This document shows positions 41,082-51,542 of a stretch of 64,000 bases of DNA, piece after piece. How positions within the stretch are numbered: position 1 is the stretch's first letter; the number at the start of each line of letters is the position of its first letter. The DNA is from a bacterium (lineage in GTDB: Bacteria; UBA8248), in contig CBDATS010000008.1 in the NCBI GenBank assembly GCA_965200245.1, positions 224,001 through 288,000 on the forward strand, read 5' to 3'. Below the pieces are notes generated by a model. That model worked only from the letters and a program-made list of their open reading frames with translations. It was not told the DNA's origin and did no database searches. The translations under genes were made by a program, and so were the position numbers.

Positions 41082-42629
41082 GTGAACCCCTTGAACTTCC
41101 CGCGCCCCGTTATGCTCATCGTCCTGGATGGCTGGGGATTATCCGGTGCGCATGACCACAACGCCGTTGCGCTGGCCGATACCCCGACCATGGACACCCT
41201 GATAACTCACCGTCCCCACACCCGTCTCCTCACTTCGGGACGTGCCGTGGGGCTTCCCGACGGGCAAATGGGTAATTCCGAAGTGGGGCATTTGAACCTG
41301 GGCGCGGGCCGAGTGGTAAATCAGGATATCGTCCGAATCAGTCACTCTATCGAGAGCGGCGATTTCTTCGGACTCTCCCCGCTGGCCGAAAACATTCAGA
41401 AAGCGAAAAAAAAAGCCGGCGCGCTGCACATACTGGGTCTGGTGTCTGACGGCGGCGTGCACAGCCTCCAGGATCACGGAGTCGCGTTGGCGCGGCTGGG
41501 GAGAAAAATCGGGATCGAGCGCATCTTCGCGCACGCTTTCACGGACGGGAGGGATACGCCGCCCCGATCGGGCCTGGAATTCGTCAGACGCTACGAGGAG
41601 GACCTGCGTCGCGAGACTGGGGCCGAACTCGCCACTGTCATCGGACGCTACTATGCGATGGATCGCGACAGGCGATGGGAGAGGACCGAACGCGCCTACC
41701 GGGCCATGACGGCGGGGGAAGGCATTCACGCCCCGAGCGCAACAGAGGCCATAAAAAAATCTTATACGCAGGGTGTGACGGATGAATTCATCGAACCAGT
41801 CGTTCTCGTTGGACATGGATGTCCGGTGGGCCTGATTCGTGACGGCGACGCCGTGATTTGCATGAACTTCCGCTCGGACAGGGTGAGGCAGATCACTCGC
41901 GCCTTCACAGACGAGCGTTTTGACGGTTTCGATAACTCTGGCGGCCCTGCTGTTCATTATGCCTGTATGACGGAGTACGACGAGCGTTTCACACTTCCCG
42001 TCGCCTTTCCTCCCTTACGTATGGAGGGGTTGTTCTGCCACGCTGTTGCGGAGGCGGGAAAAACTTGCCTGAGAGTTGCCGAGACGGAGAAGTACCCCCA
42101 CGTCACGTATTTCTTTAACGGCGGCGAGGAAGAGCCACGTCTCGGCGAGAGGCGCCACATGGTTCCGTCGCCCAAGGTGCCCACCTACGAACTCAAGCCC
42201 GAGATGAGTGCGGGCGAGGTGACGCAAATCGTCCTCAATGCAATCGCGCAAGGCGAGGATGACGCGATTGTATTGAACTACGCCAATCCGGACATGGTGG
42301 GGCATACGGGCGTGGAAAAAGCCGCCGTACGGGCCGTTGGTTTCGTAGACAAGTGTCTCGGGCACGTTCTCGAGTCACTGGAGAGCGTGGGCGGGGCGGC
42401 GGTGGTGACAGCGGACCATGGCAATTGCGAGACGATGTGGGATGCTGAGAACGACTGTCCACACACGGCGCACACGCTGAATGAGACGCCCTGTATCGTC
42501 GCGGCACCCGGTTTTGACGGTCCCTTGAGATCAGGCGGCGCGCTTTGCGACGTGGCCCCCACCCTGTTGGGATTGATGGGTATCTCACCCCCACCGGAGA
42601 TGACGGGGAAGGATTTGCGGTTTCTCTGA
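41082..42629 (+). CDS. gpmI: 2,3-bisphosphoglycerate-independent phosphoglycerate mutase
   Basis: LDGWG, GQMGNSEVGH, GRYYAMDRD, AETEKYPHVT, DMVGHTG, TADHGN. Confidence 0.97.
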   Translation: MNPLNFPRPVMLIVLDGWGLSGAHDHNAVALADTPTMDTLITHRPHTRLLTSGRAVGLPDGQMGNSEVGHLNLGAGRVVNQDIVRISHSIESGDFFGLSPLAENIQKAKKKAGALHILGLVSDGGVHSLQDHGVALARLGRKIGIERIFAHAFTDGRDTPPRSGLEFVRRYEEDLRRETGAELATVIGRYYAMDRDRRWERTERAYRAMTAGEGIHAPSATEAIKKSYTQGVTDEFIEPVVLVGHGCPVGLIRDGDAVICMNFRSDRVRQITRAFTDERFDGFDNSGGPAVHYACMTEYDERFTLPVAFPPLRMEGLFCHAVAEAGKTCLRVAETEKYPHVTYFFNGGEEEPRLGERRHMVPSPKVPTYELKPEMSAGEVTQIVLNAIAQGEDDAIVLNYANPDMVGHTGVEKAAVRAVGFVDKCLGHVLESLESVGGAAVVTADHGNCETMWDAENDCPHTAHTLNETPCIVAAPGFDGPLRSGGALCDVAPTLLGLMGISPPPEMTGKDLRFL

Positions 42630-42729
42630 CGCTTGGCGTTGTGTGTTTCGTTGCGTTCGGCGAATATCTGGTGTGAGCGAAGATTCGAGACTTGATGATG
42701 ACTGGACATTCACCCGCAAGGAGACGGAC

Positions 42730-43410
42730 ATGAACGAGGGAGTCCCTGATTTTCAGGTGTTGCGCGAGATGTATCACCAGGAGGTGGAGGGACTTACCGA
42801 CGCCCAACTCGACTGGGAAGACCCATCCGAGGAATGGTCGCGCTGGAGTATCAGGAGACAGGTAAGCCACGTGGCGCTCGCCTATTTCTTCTGGTGGGTG
42901 AAGATGTGGGGCAAGACCCTCTGGCCGGAGAACCCGCCCGAAGACCCTGTGGATTTCGCCAAGGCGGCGTCCAATCAATACGACCGGAGACTGGATGAGG
43001 AGAAATTCTGGCGGCTTGGGGATTTGCTCCCCAAGTTCGATGAGGCGATTCATTTTGCCGAGCGTGCAGCGGAGGAAAAGAGCACGGATGATTTGAACTC
43101 ACTGGTCCTCACCCGCTCTTTCAAGCCCGAGTTGCTGATGGGAGATACGGATCCCCCCGTGTATCGGTTCTGGATGCACGTCTCCACCTTTCATGACGAG
43201 GGACTCACCCAGGATGCGGAAGATGAGACGAAATTCACGTTTACACTGGGTGGCATGCTCCGGCAACTCTACTGGGAGGCGCTCGTACACCTGCGGACGA
43301 TTCATCGCCTGAAGATCAAACAAGGCCTCACGCCCGTTACGCAGATTCCGAGGGAGGGTTTGTTGCTCGATCCGTTCTTCTGGGGACCCGAGAATGAACC
43401 GAAGATGTGA
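42730..43410 (+). CDS. DinB-superfamily protein
   Basis: LTDAQLDW..WSIRRQVSHVA, C-terminal EALVHLRTI. Confidence 0.6.
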   Translation: MNEGVPDFQVLREMYHQEVEGLTDAQLDWEDPSEEWSRWSIRRQVSHVALAYFFWWVKMWGKTLWPENPPEDPVDFAKAASNQYDRRLDEEKFWRLGDLLPKFDEAIHFAERAAEEKSTDDLNSLVLTRSFKPELLMGDTDPPVYRFWMHVSTFHDEGLTQDAEDETKFTFTLGGMLRQLYWEALVHLRTIHRLKIKQGLTPVTQIPREGLLLDPFFWGPENEPKM

Positions 43411-43445
43411 GGCCATGCGCCGCCCACTTTTCTGAGGATGTTCCA

Positions 43446-44249
43446 ATGCCGTTCGTAGCGCCTAACTCGGACATAGACATATTCTATGAGGCCCAGGGAG
43501 AAGGGCATCCCCTTCTGCTGGTGAGCGGAACGGGACATGATCACACCTTCTGGTCGGCGCAGCTTCCCTTGCTGAGTGCGGATTACCACTGCATCGTTTT
43601 CGACAACCGGGGAGTGGGCAAGAGCACGGCACCGGCGCCGGGGTATTCCTTGGCGGACATGGCGGATGACGCCGCAGGTGTTCTTGATGCCGTCGGTGTA
43701 GAGCGCGCCCACGTGATGGGTTTTTCGATGGGGGGTCACATTTCCACCGAGCTCACGCTTCGCCATCCCGAGCGCGTTGTCAGCTTGGGGCTGCATCATA
43801 CATGGGCGAGGAACTGCGCGCGCCTGGGGTCTTTTCAGCGTGTCCGCATGCGCCTCGCAGCGCGTGGCGAGCGAGAGGCGCTCGTGGAACTAAGCCTTCT
43901 GGGGCTTTACTCTCATGAATTTTACGACGCGAACGCCGATCTACTGGAGCAGAAAAGGAAGTGGCTCACTGAACAATCCGGCGTCGACCTGGGCTGGGAG
44001 GGGCAACTGCGCGCCTGTCTGGAGGGGGATACCCTCGCTCGGCTTCATCAGATACAGGTTCCCACGCTCATTACGTGTTCGGATCGGGACTTGATCGTCG
44101 ACCCCCATCACGCGAGGGAGATTCATGCTCGCATCGCAGGCTCCAAACTGATCGTCATGGAGGGAACGGGCCACGTGGCGCTCATCGAGCGACCTGACGC
44201 GTTCGCACGCATCTGCCATAAATTTCTGACTTCTCTGCCGCCGGGGTAA
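43446..44249 (+). CDS. Alpha/beta hydrolase
   Basis: FDNRGVGKS, GFSMGG, GTGHVALIERP. Confidence 0.9.
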   Translation: MPFVAPNSDIDIFYEAQGEGHPLLLVSGTGHDHTFWSAQLPLLSADYHCIVFDNRGVGKSTAPAPGYSLADMADDAAGVLDAVGVERAHVMGFSMGGHISTELTLRHPERVVSLGLHHTWARNCARLGSFQRVRMRLAARGEREALVELSLLGLYSHEFYDANADLLEQKRKWLTEQSGVDLGWEGQLRACLEGDTLARLHQIQVPTLITCSDRDLIVDPHHAREIHARIAGSKLIVMEGTGHVALIERPDAFARICHKFLTSLPPG

Positions 44250-44636
44250 GGATACGACTCGCGCCGCCCGTTCGGACGAGTGAACCCCGATTCCCGGAAG
44301 GCCCCTGAACTACCGTACGATTTCACTTTCCCCATGGGAGTGATGGTCAAGAAAATGGACGACAGTGCCCAGAAAACAGAACAGATACAGCCCTTCTTCC
44401 GGCCCTCCTGGACAGTGTCCATGGGCCTGATACCGGAACTTGCTCTGAAAATAGGCATGCCCTACACTTAGCAAAGCGTTGATTTCAAGGGTGGCTGGCT
44501 CCATTGAGGACAGGATATGCATCATCCGGGCTCTTGAGTGCTTGGTGAAGGGGTGGTTGTTCGGTCCAATCGAGACTTCGGACCTCATATAATAACCATG
44601 ACTTCTCACCGGATCTCGCGCAAGGAGGATGCAGCC

Positions 44637-45533
44637 GTGTCGGAAACCTACACCCATCACACCAATCCCGATTACCTGGTAGTGACCACATGGAATGACA
44701 GGATATATGAATCTCATGGCGTGAATTTCGACAAAACATATAACTGGCCATTTCCGCGCATTGCATACAATGAAGACAGGGACATGTTCGACATAATTCC
44801 CGAATGCAAGAGATTCGTAGAAAATGCCAGGAAAAGAGGCATGACCGACGAGGAGAAACTCAAGCTCAGACAAAAAAACATGGTATCAGCTACGCCCAAG
44901 GACTGGCATTTCGATGTAATCAGATTCTCCTACAAGGTTTACGCCTATACACATGCCGTCCTGAATGACATGGCCAAAAGGGGTATCATGTACTTTGATG
45001 CCGACTTCGTGTTCAAGGATGGACCTCCCGTAGACGAGAAGTGGATATCGGATAATGTACACAGGGACCATGCCCCCGTATCCTACTTGTCCAGCACAGG
45101 CGAGATCATGGCAGAATCGGGATTTGTATACTTCAACATGGAACATCCAGAGACCAGAAACCTGGTAGCCGAGATAAGAAACTGCTACGATTCAGGTTCG
45201 GTATTCAATATGGACAGGTGGGATGATGGCTATGTGCTGGGCTGGGTACTGAGAGATTTCGAGAACAGGAATGGAATCAGGAATCACAATATGACGATCG
45301 ACATGGACACATCCATTGTCAACTGCGTAATGGATAGCCCACTGGCCAGCGTGGTCGAACATCATCTTGGATACAAGACATACCCGTCGTATAGCAGGGA
45401 GTTTTTCGAGAATGACCTCATGGCTGAATTGAAACTATCCCTGATAACAGAACTGAGAGACAAGAAACTGTCCCGAATAATCGAACGAAGAAACAGAATG
45501 TCATCTCCCCAACGCACAGATTCAGAATCATGA
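44637..45533 (+). CDS. Low-GC putative GT-A-fold glycosyltransferase
   Basis: FDVIRFSYKVYA, YFDAD (DxD), ESGFVYFN, WDDGYV; AAGGAGG RBS before GTG; AT-richer codon use. Confidence 0.55.
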   Translation: MSETYTHHTNPDYLVVTTWNDRIYESHGVNFDKTYNWPFPRIAYNEDRDMFDIIPECKRFVENARKRGMTDEEKLKLRQKNMVSATPKDWHFDVIRFSYKVYAYTHAVLNDMAKRGIMYFDADFVFKDGPPVDEKWISDNVHRDHAPVSYLSSTGEIMAESGFVYFNMEHPETRNLVAEIRNCYDSGSVFNMDRWDDGYVLGWVLRDFENRNGIRNHNMTIDMDTSIVNCVMDSPLASVVEHHLGYKTYPSYSREFFENDLMAELKLSLITELRDKKLSRIIERRNRMSSPQRTDSES

Positions 45534-45782
45534 CATCAAGCAAAACCGTTGGATGAGCTTCTGAAGACGGGAATTCAGGTTCAATCCCCCAAATCCGGGT
45601 ATGCGGTATATAAGGCAATGGAAAAAACGAAAAAGAACTCTCTGGAATCGTTTTATCAACCTTTGCCAAAATAAACCTGTGCCATTCTGTATGTTGGCCC
45701 GCCCTGGTATTACAACGGGAAACCACCGCCGGTTTGACAAAGGCCCTGGGCTTGGGGCAAGAAAAAATCGGTTTCATTCTCT

Positions 45783-46481
45783 TTGTCCATCGAACCGAAC
45801 GGTCTGGATATTCGGAAAGTGAGGTGTGCCATCCTCAGGAAGATTTTCGGCTGGTTCACTCGAAGGAACAACCTCTCACCGGGGAGTCGTTCACCTGCTT
45901 CAGGCGGCGGTTTCGGCCTGCCGATGGTGCCGGATCAGGCAGAACAGGAAGCCCTTTTTGCCGAGAAAATCGAAGCCCATGGCAAGTGGCTGCAAAGTTC
46001 GGGAGCGCGAGGAGAACGTGCGAACTTTGCGGGCTCGAATCTGGAAAGCATCAGTTTATTCATGGCGAACCTCTCCAAGGCAGATTTGCGCGAGGCGTGC
46101 CTGTTCCATGCCAACGCGCAATGGGCGAACTTGGATGGGGCTGATCTCACGGGTGCCAATCTCGAAGGAGCCGATCTGTTTCAGTCAAGCCTTGAGGGGG
46201 CGAATCTCAGCGGCGCGCGGATGGCCGGGGCCAACATGATGTCCGCTGCTCTCAAATTCGCTGATTTGACGGACGTAGACCTCACGGGAGCCGACCTGCG
46301 CGGGACCTCGCTCCAGCGGACAAAACTCTCAGGCGCGAATCTTCTGGATGCTCTCATCGACAATGCCGATCTGGAACTCGCCGACATCCGTGGTGTCGAC
46401 CTCTCGGGCGTGAAGGGCCTCACACCCGAGCAGGCTGAAGGCGCGCTCAAGGACGGGGAGACACTTTTTCCAGATGTGTGA
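45783..46481 (+). CDS. Pentapeptide repeat protein (start uncertain)
   Basis: HGKWL..GERANF followed by many A(D/N)Lxx repeats. Confidence 0.88.
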   Translation: MSIEPNGLDIRKVRCAILRKIFGWFTRRNNLSPGSRSPASGGGFGLPMVPDQAEQEALFAEKIEAHGKWLQSSGARGERANFAGSNLESISLFMANLSKADLREACLFHANAQWANLDGADLTGANLEGADLFQSSLEGANLSGARMAGANMMSAALKFADLTDVDLTGADLRGTSLQRTKLSGANLLDALIDNADLELADIRGVDLSGVKGLTPEQAEGALKDGETLFPDV

Positions 46482-46590
46482 GGCCTGTCTCCGGGATATT
46501 TTTTGGGTGCCTTCCCTGTGTCTTTTTCTTTGGCGGGATTCGGTTTATGATGAGTTTTTGTCGAGATTCAACGAGCAGGAGTAACGCCCC

Positions 46591-47685
46591 ATGGCACAGA
46601 CGACACGGATGTTGGACCACGAAGTCGATTTGGTGGAGTACTACTACGAACAGGGTTTCACGGACGGGCTTCCCGTCGTACCGCCCACGCCGGAGAAGAT
46701 AGATGCAACCGTCGCGGCACTGGGAGGTGATAAGGACTTCATCGAATGCCGCGTGCCCCCACGCTGGGGCAACCTCACGAGAGAGGTGCTTGCGATCAAC
46801 ATGGTGATGGCGGGCTGCAAGGTGGAATACGCGTCCATTGTTCGTGCGGCGATGCTCGCGCTTTGCGACCCGCACTTCAACCTGAACGGCGTGCAAGCCA
46901 CCACCCACATGGCATGTCCGCTCATCGTGGTGAACGGACCGATTCGAAACGAGGTCGGCATGAACGCGGGCTGCAACGTGTTCGGCTCGGGCAACCGCGC
47001 GAACGCGACGATAGGCCGCGCGGTACGGATGATTCTCCTGAACGTGGGCGGTGCGTGGCCAGGCGATCTTGACAAGAGTACGCTGGGCTGTCCCACAAAA
47101 TACACCTACTGCATCGCGGAGAACGAAGAGGCGAGCCCTTGGGCGCCCTATCACGTGGAACAAGGCTACGCGCCCGAGGATTCCACCGTCTTTGCCATCG
47201 CTGCCGAGGCACCGCACAGTGTGACGAACCACATCGCGGACGATCCCGAGGGAATCCTCGACAGTATCTGCTCGGCGATGAGCACGATTGCGCACAACAA
47301 TTCAGTGAGCAGCGGATCGTGCGCCGTCGTCATTAGCCCAGAACATGGGGCGACCATCAGTGCCAGGAACTGGACGCGAAACGACGTGAAAAGCTACCTC
47401 TGGATGCATACCAGGAACACGTTTGCCGATATCTCGTTCAACCACCGTTACGGCAAGGTTTACAACCGCAACATTCCCAAGTGGTACAGACGCGCGCCGG
47501 AGGAGAGAATTCCCATCGTGCCGAGCCCCGAGAATATCCACCTGTTCGTAGCGGGCGGGGATGCGGGTCGTTTTTCGGCCTTCATCCCCGGCTGGGGCCA
47601 CATGACAAATCCGGTGCTCCGGGCAATCGACGGCAAGGTGCTCGAAGGCGGCCCCGTCTGCGTGGACGGCACCTGTCTGCTTTAG
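46591..47685 (+). CDS. UGSC-associated conserved protein (large partner)
   Basis: GFTDGLPVVPPT, AINMVMAGC, NRANATIGRA, IAENEEASPW; this family is typically next to or fused with UGSC domains. Confidence 0.8.
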   Translation: MAQTTRMLDHEVDLVEYYYEQGFTDGLPVVPPTPEKIDATVAALGGDKDFIECRVPPRWGNLTREVLAINMVMAGCKVEYASIVRAAMLALCDPHFNLNGVQATTHMACPLIVVNGPIRNEVGMNAGCNVFGSGNRANATIGRAVRMILLNVGGAWPGDLDKSTLGCPTKYTYCIAENEEASPWAPYHVEQGYAPEDSTVFAIAAEAPHSVTNHIADDPEGILDSICSAMSTIAHNNSVSSGSCAVVISPEHGATISARNWTRNDVKSYLWMHTRNTFADISFNHRYGKVYNRNIPKWYRRAPEERIPIVPSPENIHLFVAGGDAGRFSAFIPGWGHMTNPVLRAIDGKVLEGGPVCVDGTCLL

Positions 47686-47712
47686 AATTTTGAGAAGAAC
47701 GGGAGAAAACCA

Positions 47713-48255
47713 ATGAGTGAAGTCATCACGGGTCAGATCGTCTATGACCCCCGGGGGGTGGTAGAGGCAGAAACCCAGCCCACCGCCGAGCGTGTCGGGG
47801 ACCTGAAGGGCTTGAAACTCGGCGTCCTGGATAACACGAAGTGGAACGGGCGCAAGCTGCTCGAGAAGACCACGGCGCTGATGGAGGCGGAGGGCCCCTT
47901 CGCCGAGGTGCGCTACTACAAGAAAGAGAGCTTTTCGAAGAACGCGGCACCCGATTTGATTGCGCAAATCGTGGAGGAGAACGATGTCGTCCTGACGGCG
48001 ATTGGCGACTGAGGCTCCTGCACATCGTGCTGTATGCACGATGCGGTCTCCCTGGAGGAAAAGGGTGTCCCCACCGCCGTTATAGTGACCGAGGTGTTCC
48101 TCCACGAAGCCCGCGTGCAAAGGGCGGCTCTGGGGATGAACGACCTGACCCCGGTGGTTATCCAGCACCCCCTGAGCACGCTCTCGGAAGAGGAAATCTC
48201 CGCGCGCGCGGGTGATGCGGCCCGCCAAGCGGTGAAGGTTCTGCTCAAAGGCTAG
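47713..48255 (+). CDS. UGSC-family selenoprotein (Sec at TGA 48010-48012)
   Basis: ORFs 47713-48012 and 48034-48255 are in one frame: ..LTAIGD-U-GSCTSCCMHDAVSLEEKGVPTAVIVT..IQHPL. Confidence 0.9.
48023..48043 (+). promoter_or_regulatory. Candidate bacterial SECIS hairpin
   Basis: Perfect stem CATCGTGC/GCACGATG with loop TGTAT starting about 19 nt after UGA. Confidence 0.7.
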
Positions 48256-48266
48256 TACATCTATTT

Positions 48267-49499
48267 ATGACAAAGCCCTTGGAAGGTATCCGCGTCCTCG
48301 ACCTGACGCAGTTTCTCTCGGGTCCGCAGGCCACACTTTTCTTGGCGGGCCTGGGAGCCGAGGTCATCCGAATCGACAATCCTGCCACTGGCGACCCGGT
48401 GGCCTATTCCCCTCCCTTCATCGGCGAGAAGGGCGTCTCTTACCATCCCCAAACGGATGAGGACATGGGGATGGCCTATTTGAAGCGTACGCGCCAGAAA
48501 AAGGCGGTCACCCTGAACATCAAGGATCCACGCGGCCTCGAGATGTTCTATGGCCTCGTCGCTCGATCCGACATCTTGGTGGAGAACTTCTCCGTCGGCG
48601 TCACGAAAAGGCTCAAAATCGACTACGAGACGCTTCACGCCCGAAAACCCTCCTTGGTGTATTGTTCCATCACGGGTTATGGACAGACGGGACCTGACTC
48701 CGGCCTGAAGGGTTACGACGCTGTCTCCCAGGCCGCTTCGGGCCTGATGAACCTCACGGGCTTTCCCGACGGTCCGCCCACCAAGGCGGGTTCGGCCCTT
48801 GGCGACAGTATGGGAGGCACGTTCGCCTTCGGCGCCATCATGACTGCGCTCTTTCACCGTGAGCGCACAGGCAAAGGTCAGCATATTGACATTTCGATGA
48901 TCGACTGCATCTTCTCGCTCATCTTCGATGAGCCGATGGATTGTTACGAACGGCTGGGCCTCCCGCCGCGTATCGGCAACCGCATCATGCGGCTCGCGCC
49001 GTTCAATGCCTACGAGACGAAAGACGGCTGGGTAATCGTCGCTTCGGGCACCAACGCGCATTGGCACAACATACTGCACGGCATCGAACGCACCGACCTG
49101 ATAGGCGATGAACGATACGAGGACATGAGCCGGCGCGTGAGCAAGGTAGAGGAAGTCGACGCAATCATCAACGAATGGACTAGGCGGCGCGAGACGAAAG
49201 AGGCAGTCTCCTCACTGCGTGCGCACGACGTTATCTGCGGGCCGGTGAACAACATCGACGACATCCTCGCATGGCCCCATATGCAAGAGCGCGAGATGAT
49301 TGTCGATCTCGAACACCCCACCCTGGGGACGCTCGCCGGTGCGAAAGCCCCCGGTTTTCCCTTCAAATTCAGCGAAATCAAGGGTAGCTACGAGGCCTCC
49401 GCCCCGCTCGTGGGGCAGCACAACGCGGAAATCCTGGGCGGATTGCTCGGCGTGTCCGACGCAGAATTGAAGGGACTGGAAGACGCAGGTGTAATCTAG
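48267..49499 (+). CDS. CoA-transferase family III (CaiB/BaiF)
   Basis: PLEGIRVLDLT, LVENF, CSITGYGQTGP, GYDAVSQA, TGKGQHIDISM. Confidence 0.93.
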   Translation: MTKPLEGIRVLDLTQFLSGPQATLFLAGLGAEVIRIDNPATGDPVAYSPPFIGEKGVSYHPQTDEDMGMAYLKRTRQKKAVTLNIKDPRGLEMFYGLVARSDILVENFSVGVTKRLKIDYETLHARKPSLVYCSITGYGQTGPDSGLKGYDAVSQAASGLMNLTGFPDGPPTKAGSALGDSMGGTFAFGAIMTALFHRERTGKGQHIDISMIDCIFSLIFDEPMDCYERLGLPPRIGNRIMRLAPFNAYETKDGWVIVASGTNAHWHNILHGIERTDLIGDERYEDMSRRVSKVEEVDAIINEWTRRRETKEAVSSLRAHDVICGPVNNIDDILAWPHMQEREMIVDLEHPTLGTLAGAKAPGFPFKFSEIKGSYEASAPLVGQHNAEILGGLLGVSDAELKGLEDAGVI

Positions 49500-49534
49500 G
49501 CACCCTCCCTGGAGGAATCTGCAGGGTTTCTTCC

Positions 49535-50368
49535 ATGAGACGCGGTATCTTCATGCTGATGATGGTTTGTTTCCTCCTTTTGGGGTGCGCCGGAGAAGTC
49601 AACCTCTCGGGAGGGATCAATCCCAAAACGCTCGATCTGGCCGAAGAGGCGCGACGCACGTTCGATGCCGCCTACGTCATGCTCGAGATAAATGGCGAGT
49701 TCATCGGTGGCAGGATGGATGAGAGGTTCGTCCAGGTAAAACTCGCGGGATTAAAGAAAAAACGCCGCACCGTGATTTTCATTCACGGCTGCTCGGGACT
49801 AGGACGCGGGAACTTGCACTATATGCGGATTCTCGCACGGGCGGGCTACGCTGTCATTGCGCCAGACAGCTTCGCACGCCGCTACCGGCCTGAGACGTGC
49901 GATCCTGCGCGACATCGAGGCATAGAAGGTGCGCCGCACAGGCGCGTGGGGCGGATGCGCCAGAAGGAGATTCATCACGCGGCGTACCGGGTTCGGCATA
50001 TCCGATGGGTGGACAGGCAAAACCTCTTTCTGATGGGGCACAGCCAGGGAGGAACCGCAGCCGCTTCCTATGGGGGAGATGAGTTCGGTGCTCACGTCAT
50101 CTCGGGTTCCACTTGCGGGCGCGGCGTTCGAGTGCCTAAAGCGATTCCTGTTCTTGTGCTGTACTCGAAAGGGGATCCCTGGCGGCGTGGGAGGCCCGCC
50201 GATAGATGCCTGCGCAAGGCGAAAGAACGTGGTGTGAACATGGAGTTTCATCTCTTCGAGGGTCGCGCGCACAACTTCTCACGCAACAGGCGAGCCCGTC
50301 GGCTGATTCTCGATTTTTTGAAGCGATACCGCAGAGCGGAAACGATAATGATACAGAGCGCGCTCTAG
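49535..50368 (+). CDS. Dienelactone hydrolase-like alpha/beta hydrolase, probable lipoprotein
   Basis: LLLGC lipobox, HGCSG, GHSQGG, C-terminal His. Confidence 0.8.
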   Translation: MRRGIFMLMMVCFLLLGCAGEVNLSGGINPKTLDLAEEARRTFDAAYVMLEINGEFIGGRMDERFVQVKLAGLKKKRRTVIFIHGCSGLGRGNLHYMRILARAGYAVIAPDSFARRYRPETCDPARHRGIEGAPHRRVGRMRQKEIHHAAYRVRHIRWVDRQNLFLMGHSQGGTAAASYGGDEFGAHVISGSTCGRGVRVPKAIPVLVLYSKGDPWRRGRPADRCLRKAKERGVNMEFHLFEGRAHNFSRNRRARRLILDFLKRYRRAETIMIQSAL

Positions 50369-50461
50369 AAAAATTCCGTTTCGCCCGGTCTTCACGACAA
50401 AGCCGCGCCCCTGTGGTAGGATTCGCCATATCGCATACATGAACTCTGGAGGTTCACCCTC

Positions 50462-51448
50462 ATGCGAATCTGTACGATCAGTCTGGGAGGTGAGGCGCGC
50501 ATCGGCGTCTTGTTCGGGGAGAAAATCGCCGATCTCAAGCTGGCCTATGCCTTGTCGCTGGATGAGGTATCCGCTGCCGAGGCTATTGACCGCGTCGAGG
50601 CCGAGGTTCCCGATGATTGTGAGGAGTTTATCGAGGACCTCGAGTTGAATCGCCCCTTGGCGGAGGAAGCTCTTCAAGTGCTCGAAAATCATGGAAACAA
50701 GCAAGAACCGGTTCGCTTCGACGGGATGCAGGTGGTTTATGAACCCGGTGAAGTCGAAATCCTTCCTCCGGTCGTCCCGGGCACGCTGTTCTGCATGGCG
50801 AGGAACTACGTGGCGCATGCCGCCGAGATGGCGCGCACTCAGGTGGACGACTTTAAGGAAGAACTTCCGCTCTATTGTTTCCTGAAACCTGCGACGTGCG
50901 TGAGTGGCCCCTATGACGATGTGCCTGTCTATCCCTCGATGGAAAAACTCGACTATGAACTCGAACTCGGCGTGCTCATCGGGCAGGGTGGCAAGAACAT
51001 TCCCGTGGAGCGCGCCATGGACCATGTGGGCGGCTACACCTTGTTCAACGACATGAGCGATCGTACGACGCTCAATATGGGCAAGTTCATCGACTGGTAT
51101 GCCATGAAGGCTCCCGACGGTTTCGGCCCCATCGGCCCCTATATCCTCTTGCCCGAAGAAGGGCTCGACCCCCACGATTTACGGCTCAAGCTCTGGGTGA
51201 ACGGCGAACTTAGGCAAGACGCGACCACGGGTGATATGGTCTGGCGCATCGTCGAGCAGGTGTCCTATCTATCGAGTATCACAACACTGCGAACGGGCGA
51301 CATCATCGGCACCGGATCGCCTGCAGGCAATGCCGCTTCTTGGGGAGAATATCTCCAGCCAGGGGATCTGATAGAGGGTGAAATCGAAAGCATCGGACGC
51401 CAAGCTTTCCGCATCAGGATCGAGAACCCCGAGTATGTCCCGGGCTAG
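50462..51448 (+). CDS. Fumarylacetoacetate hydrolase family protein
   Basis: NYVAH, LDYELELGV, FNDMSDR, GDIIGTGSPAG. Confidence 0.92.
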   Translation: MRICTISLGGEARIGVLFGEKIADLKLAYALSLDEVSAAEAIDRVEAEVPDDCEEFIEDLELNRPLAEEALQVLENHGNKQEPVRFDGMQVVYEPGEVEILPPVVPGTLFCMARNYVAHAAEMARTQVDDFKEELPLYCFLKPATCVSGPYDDVPVYPSMEKLDYELELGVLIGQGGKNIPVERAMDHVGGYTLFNDMSDRTTLNMGKFIDWYAMKAPDGFGPIGPYILLPEEGLDPHDLRLKLWVNGELRQDATTGDMVWRIVEQVSYLSSITTLRTGDIIGTGSPAGNAASWGEYLQPGDLIEGEIESIGRQAFRIRIENPEYVPG

Positions 51449-51542
51449 ATTTTCCGGTGGTTGATCCCTGACAGTCCGGGGATTAAGATTTTCTCGGTGC
51501 ACGAGGTGCTCCCGAGCCGCTGAAAACCGAAAGGGGAAACCC

